A DNA stretch of 64,000 nucleotides, taken from contig RDNZ01000002.1 in assembly GCA_011364905.1 (NCBI GenBank), positions 1 to 64,000 of the forward strand. The letters are read 5' to 3'. Position 1 is the stretch's first letter, and every line of letters starts with the position of its first letter. This DNA comes from Candidatus Thorarchaeota archaeon. Lineage in GTDB: Archaea; Asgardarchaeota; Thorarchaeia; Thorarchaeales; Thorarchaeaceae. Under the pieces are notes generated by a model. That model was not told the origin of the DNA and did not search any database. It worked only from the letters and a program-made list of their open reading frames with translations. Positions 60,383-64,000 of this stretch are shown one piece after another. Made by a program: the position numbers and the translations under genes.

Positions 60383-60407
60383 GCGTGCCCTCCTTTGCTG
60401 GGCACGC
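60383..60407. terminator. GC-rich hairpin
   Basis: GCGTGCCC/GGGCACGC 8-bp stem with a 9-nt loop, between the methyltransferase fragment and the GT-C gene. Confidence 0.4.
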
Positions 60408-60436
60408 AAAAGTCAAGCTGATACAAGTGGCATTAG

Positions 60437-60634
60437 TTATCTGTGGCGATACTTCCTGAGGAAGGCTATGCCATCTGTGCCATTTGTTTCATTTGAGCCA
60501 ACACTGAATAGTAAAGCTCCACCTCTAATCAGTAATCGATGAAAGTCCATGAAAAGACGGAGGTGCATGGTCCTTGGGATACGAAAGACCGCATATGTCG
60601 AAACGATACCATCAAATGTTTCGTTATAACACAT
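60437..60634 (-). pseudogene. Internal fragment of a class I SAM methyltransferase
   Basis: ETFDGIVSTYAVFRIP...FHRLL..GG.LLFS; motif I missing; 5' end falls at the repeat boundary. Confidence 0.7.
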
Positions 60635-60715
60635 ATTACCCTATACTAGGTTGATGGTCGCTTACTAATAATTCGTACGTCAAGAAGAAATGGAGCAGGC
60701 TCTGGGAATTGCACC
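60629..60715. repeat. 87-bp direct repeat, copy B, containing a 25-bp tRNA-Cys 3' fragment (att-like, 60691-60715)
   Basis: Minus strand GGTGCAATTCCCAGAGCCTGCTCCA, 2 mismatches to the tRNA 3' end. Confidence 0.9.
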
Positions 60716-60747
60716 TTGAGGAATCGGTTTACAACTCAGATTCAATT

Positions 60748-61896
60748 TCAAAGCTCGAGTCGTAGTATTTCTTGGAATTTTGGTAACTCCTTAATCGATG
60801 CCAAATCACGATCATTTAATGCGGTGCTTTTCAGCCTTTCATCAAGTCTAATGGACCTCTCTAAGAATTGCAGAGCATCATCAGTTTCACCAAGTTTGCA
60901 CAAGGCACAAGCTTTGTTGTAGATGATATTAGCATCATCTTCTTTCAGTTTAAGAGCTTCATCCAGCGATGTTAATGCATCAGCATCTCGATTCAGTTCC
61001 ATCAACGCAAATCCATGCTCAGCCCAAGCTTCCCAGTCCTTCGGATGTGATATTGTTAGTTCACGTAGTTGGACCTCAGCCTCTTCATTTCTAGCGAGTC
61101 TCAATAATGTTCTACTATGCAATAGTTTCCCATCATAGTGATTCGAATCAAGCTCTACAACTTTTCTAAATGCTACTTCAGAAGCGAAAAGAAATCCACC
61201 TCGAGCAAAACCCTGTCCTCTGGCAAACCACGCTTGTGGGTTTTTCGGATCTTTTTCAATTTCAGGCATTGTTACTTGATCCATAATCCGGTACGAATCC
61301 TCTCTTTGAATAATAGTTGCCAGTCTGATATTGACCATATTCTGGTGATATGTATCAATACCCTTGATTTTGGCTGCTTTCTGAAGAATGTCTTTTGCTT
61401 CAGCATATCTCTCCATATATTGCAGATATTTACCAAGAGTGTGGAATGCATCGAAGTTCTTTTTGTTCAGTTTAATCACTTTGCGAATTATCTCTTCAGC
61501 TTCATTGAATTGACCTTTTTCAAAAAGCAAAAGACTTAGTCCTTTGAGTGCCTCCTCATCTTTGGGGTTTTCACTGATAGATTGTCGATATTCGTCCTCA
61601 GTTGGAGTTTTTTCAACCTCGACAACCTCATCAGTATCAGGTACATTCTGGAGTAGCATCTTCATTGTAAACACTGCAAAACCTACATCTCCAAGAGCTT
61701 CCGCTTTGGATATGGCTTGTTTTGCCTCACGCAAGCGGCCTAGATCTTGTAGAGTTTGTGCGAGACCTACCCATGCAGTTGAGTAGTTCGGATTTATCTC
61801 AATTGCTTTTCGAAATTTGGATTCAGCGGCTGAAAACTTTTCTGTCTTCAGTAATTCATAGCCCTCATTAGCTAAATCTTCTGAACTGTTCACCAT
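60748..61896 (-). CDS. TPR repeat protein
   Basis: Multiple TPRs ending in YNKACALCKLG...A...L..SI; lies between tRNA-Cys and its 3' fragment. Confidence 0.88.
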   Translation of the reverse strand: MVNSSEDLANEGYELLKTEKFSAAESKFRKAIEINPNYSTAWVGLAQTLQDLGRLREAKQAISKAEALGDVGFAVFTMKMLLQNVPDTDEVVEVEKTPTEDEYRQSISENPKDEEALKGLSLLLFEKGQFNEAEEIIRKVIKLNKKNFDAFHTLGKYLQYMERYAEAKDILQKAAKIKGIDTYHQNMVNIRLATIIQREDSYRIMDQVTMPEIEKDPKNPQAWFARGQGFARGGFLFASEVAFRKVVELDSNHYDGKLLHSRTLLRLARNEEAEVQLRELTISHPKDWEAWAEHGFALMELNRDADALTSLDEALKLKEDDANIIYNKACALCKLGETDDALQFLERSIRLDERLKSTALNDRDLASIKELPKFQEILRLEL

Positions 61897-61961
61897 CACA
61901 ACAACTCCCAGTTTGATAGACAACTACGCACCAGTTGATAAATACTTCGAACAAAATAAGA

Positions 61962-62037
61962 TGGAGCCGGCTCTGGGATTTGCACCCAGGTAAAACAGCT
62001 CTGCAGGCTGTCGCGTAAACTTCTCCGCCAAACCGGC
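61962..62037 (-). tRNA. tRNA-Cys(GCA), intronless, CCA encoded
   Basis: GCCGGTT/AGCCGGC acceptor stem, U73, anticodon arm ACAGC-CTGCAGA-GCTGT, T arm CTGGG-TGCAAAT-CCCAG. Confidence 0.95.
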
Positions 62038-62179
62038 TCAGCTGAGGTTTTTGTCACATTATTAGTTTTAAGGATGTCGGCAAAATCTGCGTCTATCTAA
62101 TTGACAGTTATTTCATTGAGTACTGCGGAAAGTTTTTCATCTTGGATACAGTCTGGTTACTTCATTTGAGGGGCAATCT

Positions 62180-63730
62180 ATGTCGAAATTTCCAGAGCTC
62201 CATCCTGTCAATATTGGAATGTTGTTGACTAGGAATTCTCAATATCGCCCAAATCATCTTGGAATAATTGTTGAGAACATCCGACTTTCATATCAGGAGT
62301 TTAACAGGGGTGTCAATCGCGTAGCCAATATGCTATGTGGTTTAGGTGTAGGAAAGGGAGATAAAATTGCAATTGTCCTGCCTAATTGTTTTGAATTGCT
62401 TGAACTGTATTGGGCAATAGCTAAACTCGGTGCAGTATCTGTACCCCTAAGTACATTACTCATGAGTCGAGGATTTAGATCACTCATCAATGATTCTGAT
62501 GCCAAGATAGTCGTAACAAGTTCTCAATATATGAGCATTCTAGAAGAGATTAAACATAAATTGACTGATGTTGAGGACTTTATTCTCATTGATGACTCTT
62601 CAAATTCGGAGTATAAAGACTATCAATCACTCAAGGCAGAGGCCAGCGATAAAGAGCCTGATGTTGAAGAAATAGATGAAAATGACCCCTATAATATCAT
62701 CTATAGTAGCGGAACAACTGGATTGCCAAAGGGCATCGTGCTCTCGCATTACGTCCGGGCGTATTATGCCACTCTATTTGCATCAAGCTTCAGAATGACA
62801 CCTGAAAACGTAATCATTCATTCGGGCTCTATTGTGTTTAATGGAGCCTTTGTTACTATGATGCCTGCGATGTTACTTGGATCAACATTTATTCTAAAAC
62901 TCAAGTTTGATGCCCAAGAATTTATTGAAACAGTCCAACGTGAAAAGGTCACTCATGTGATTATGGTTCCTTCACAATTAATTGCCATCCTAAATGCTCC
63001 GAACTTCTCGGTCGAGGCTCTGGAATCTTTAGAAATGATCTGCTCTGTTGGTGCGCCATTACTTATGGATGTCAAGGAAAAGCTCAATCAGCTCCTGCCA
63101 AATCGGTTTTACGAGCTCTATGGACTAACAGAAGGTTTCCTAACAGTTTTGGACAGAACGCATACTGCCAACAAGCTGCAATCGGTAGGTATTCCTCCAC
63201 CTTTCTTCAAAATGCGAATTGTAAATGAAAATGATGAGGATGTTCCGGTTGGAGAGATTGGGGAAATTATAGGAAAAGGACCCACATTGATGACAGAATA
63301 CTATAAACGCCCGGACATAACCACAGAGGCAATGAGGGATGGGTGGCTCCATTCTGGGGATTTAGGTTATCTTGATGATGATGGTTTTCTCTATTTGGTT
63401 GATCGGAAAAAAGACATGATTATTTCTGGTGGAGTAAATGTCTATCCAAAAGATATCGAGGAGGTCGTGGCGCAACATCCATCTGTGAAGGAAGTCGCAG
63501 TCTTTGGAATTCCAAACGAAAAATGGGGAGAGGCTTCTGTAGCAGCTGTTATACTACGAGACCCATTGTCGATAACAACAGAGGAACTAAGGAAATGGGT
63601 CAATGAGAGGGTTGGAGCGAAGTTTCAGAGAGTTCAACATGTTCTCATTGTCGATGATTTTCCCCGCAGTATATCAGGAAAGATACTCAAACGAGAACTA
63701 CGTGAAACATTTCCAGATGGAACACCATAG
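62180..63730 (+). CDS. AMP-dependent acyl-CoA synthetase/ligase
   Basis: YSSGTTGLPKG, YGLTE, HSGDLG, DRKKDMIISGG.NVYP, GKILK. Confidence 0.93.
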   Translation: MSKFPELHPVNIGMLLTRNSQYRPNHLGIIVENIRLSYQEFNRGVNRVANMLCGLGVGKGDKIAIVLPNCFELLELYWAIAKLGAVSVPLSTLLMSRGFRSLINDSDAKIVVTSSQYMSILEEIKHKLTDVEDFILIDDSSNSEYKDYQSLKAEASDKEPDVEEIDENDPYNIIYSSGTTGLPKGIVLSHYVRAYYATLFASSFRMTPENVIIHSGSIVFNGAFVTMMPAMLLGSTFILKLKFDAQEFIETVQREKVTHVIMVPSQLIAILNAPNFSVEALESLEMICSVGAPLLMDVKEKLNQLLPNRFYELYGLTEGFLTVLDRTHTANKLQSVGIPPPFFKMRIVNENDEDVPVGEIGEIIGKGPTLMTEYYKRPDITTEAMRDGWLHSGDLGYLDDDGFLYLVDRKKDMIISGGVNVYPKDIEEVVAQHPSVKEVAVFGIPNEKWGEASVAAVILRDPLSITTEELRKWVNERVGAKFQRVQHVLIVDDFPRSISGKILKRELRETFPDGTP

Positions 63731-63754
63731 CAGCTTCACTTGATACGCCATAGT

Positions 63755-64000
63755 TCAATCGAAATTATTTTTCAGCCAATCTATTAAAGAGGGCGAGCAC
63801 ATAGCGTGTGTTTCTGCATGTTTCGCTCCAGGAATAACTTGAAATTCCTTGTTTTTACTAGGGACTTCATCAAAGAACGCACGTGCTGTTTCGATAGAGA
63901 AAATCTCATCTTTTTCACCAATGCCAACGAGAACTGGGAAATCCAAATGCTCGGGAAATCGAAACTTCTTCATGAATCGTTGTGCATTAAGATAATTCAG
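63755..64000 (-). CDS. Alpha/beta hydrolase, C-terminal part (runs off the window)
   Basis: PVLVGIGEKDE...K...IPGAKH; frame is open to the window edge. Confidence 0.75.
   Translation of the reverse strand: MNYLNAQRFMKKFRFPEHLDFPVLVGIGEKDEIFSIETARAFFDEVPSKNKEFQVIPGAKHAETHAMCSPSLIDWLKNNFD

Noticed and set aside
55911-62037. Provirus or intact integrative element at tRNA-Cys
   Set aside because: No integrase, replication, capsid or conjugation genes
58591-62037. CRISPR array
   Set aside because: The repeats are tRNA-derived and kb-spaced; no regularly spaced short repeats or cas genes anywhere in the window
162-63352. Numerous 60-180 aa antisense or nested ORFs in the six-frame track
   Set aside because: They shadow well-supported genes and have no recognisable motifs

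Overview
Gene-dense archaeal chromosomal window. An Asgard archaeon (Thorarchaeia-like) is my inference from the longin/Arf-like GTPase genes, Sec11-type signal peptidase, AOR and GGTGA/GAGGT ribosome-binding sites; it was not checked by search. Most genes are housekeeping or metabolic (NIF3, Na/Pi cotransporter, aspA, ggt, kbl, ppa, nadA, AOR+ferredoxin, tldD/pmbA, Lon, acyl-CoA ligase), plus many membrane and surface proteins. Highlights: (1) a tandem paralogous pair longin-Arf-like GTPase-longin-wHTH and longin-pseudo-GTPase-longin-wHTH (32.0-35.8 kb); (2) an endonuclease-less Alw26I/Eco31I/Esp3I-type m6A + circularly permuted m5C methyltransferase pair in the same frame, separated by a single TGA; (3) an NAD-kinase-wHTH fusion with a degenerate GGDG motif, divergent from nadA across an inverted-repeat-containing spacer; (4) an integrase-less tRNA-Cys hotspot (56-62 kb) with one intact tRNA, a second full-length variant copy, a 3' fragment and an 87-bp direct repeat, which delimit small gene cassettes; (5) structured intergenic leaders upstream of an AAA+ ATPase and of kbl. 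No CRISPR array, rRNA, transposase or integrase was seen. Family assignments come from recognising motifs by eye.
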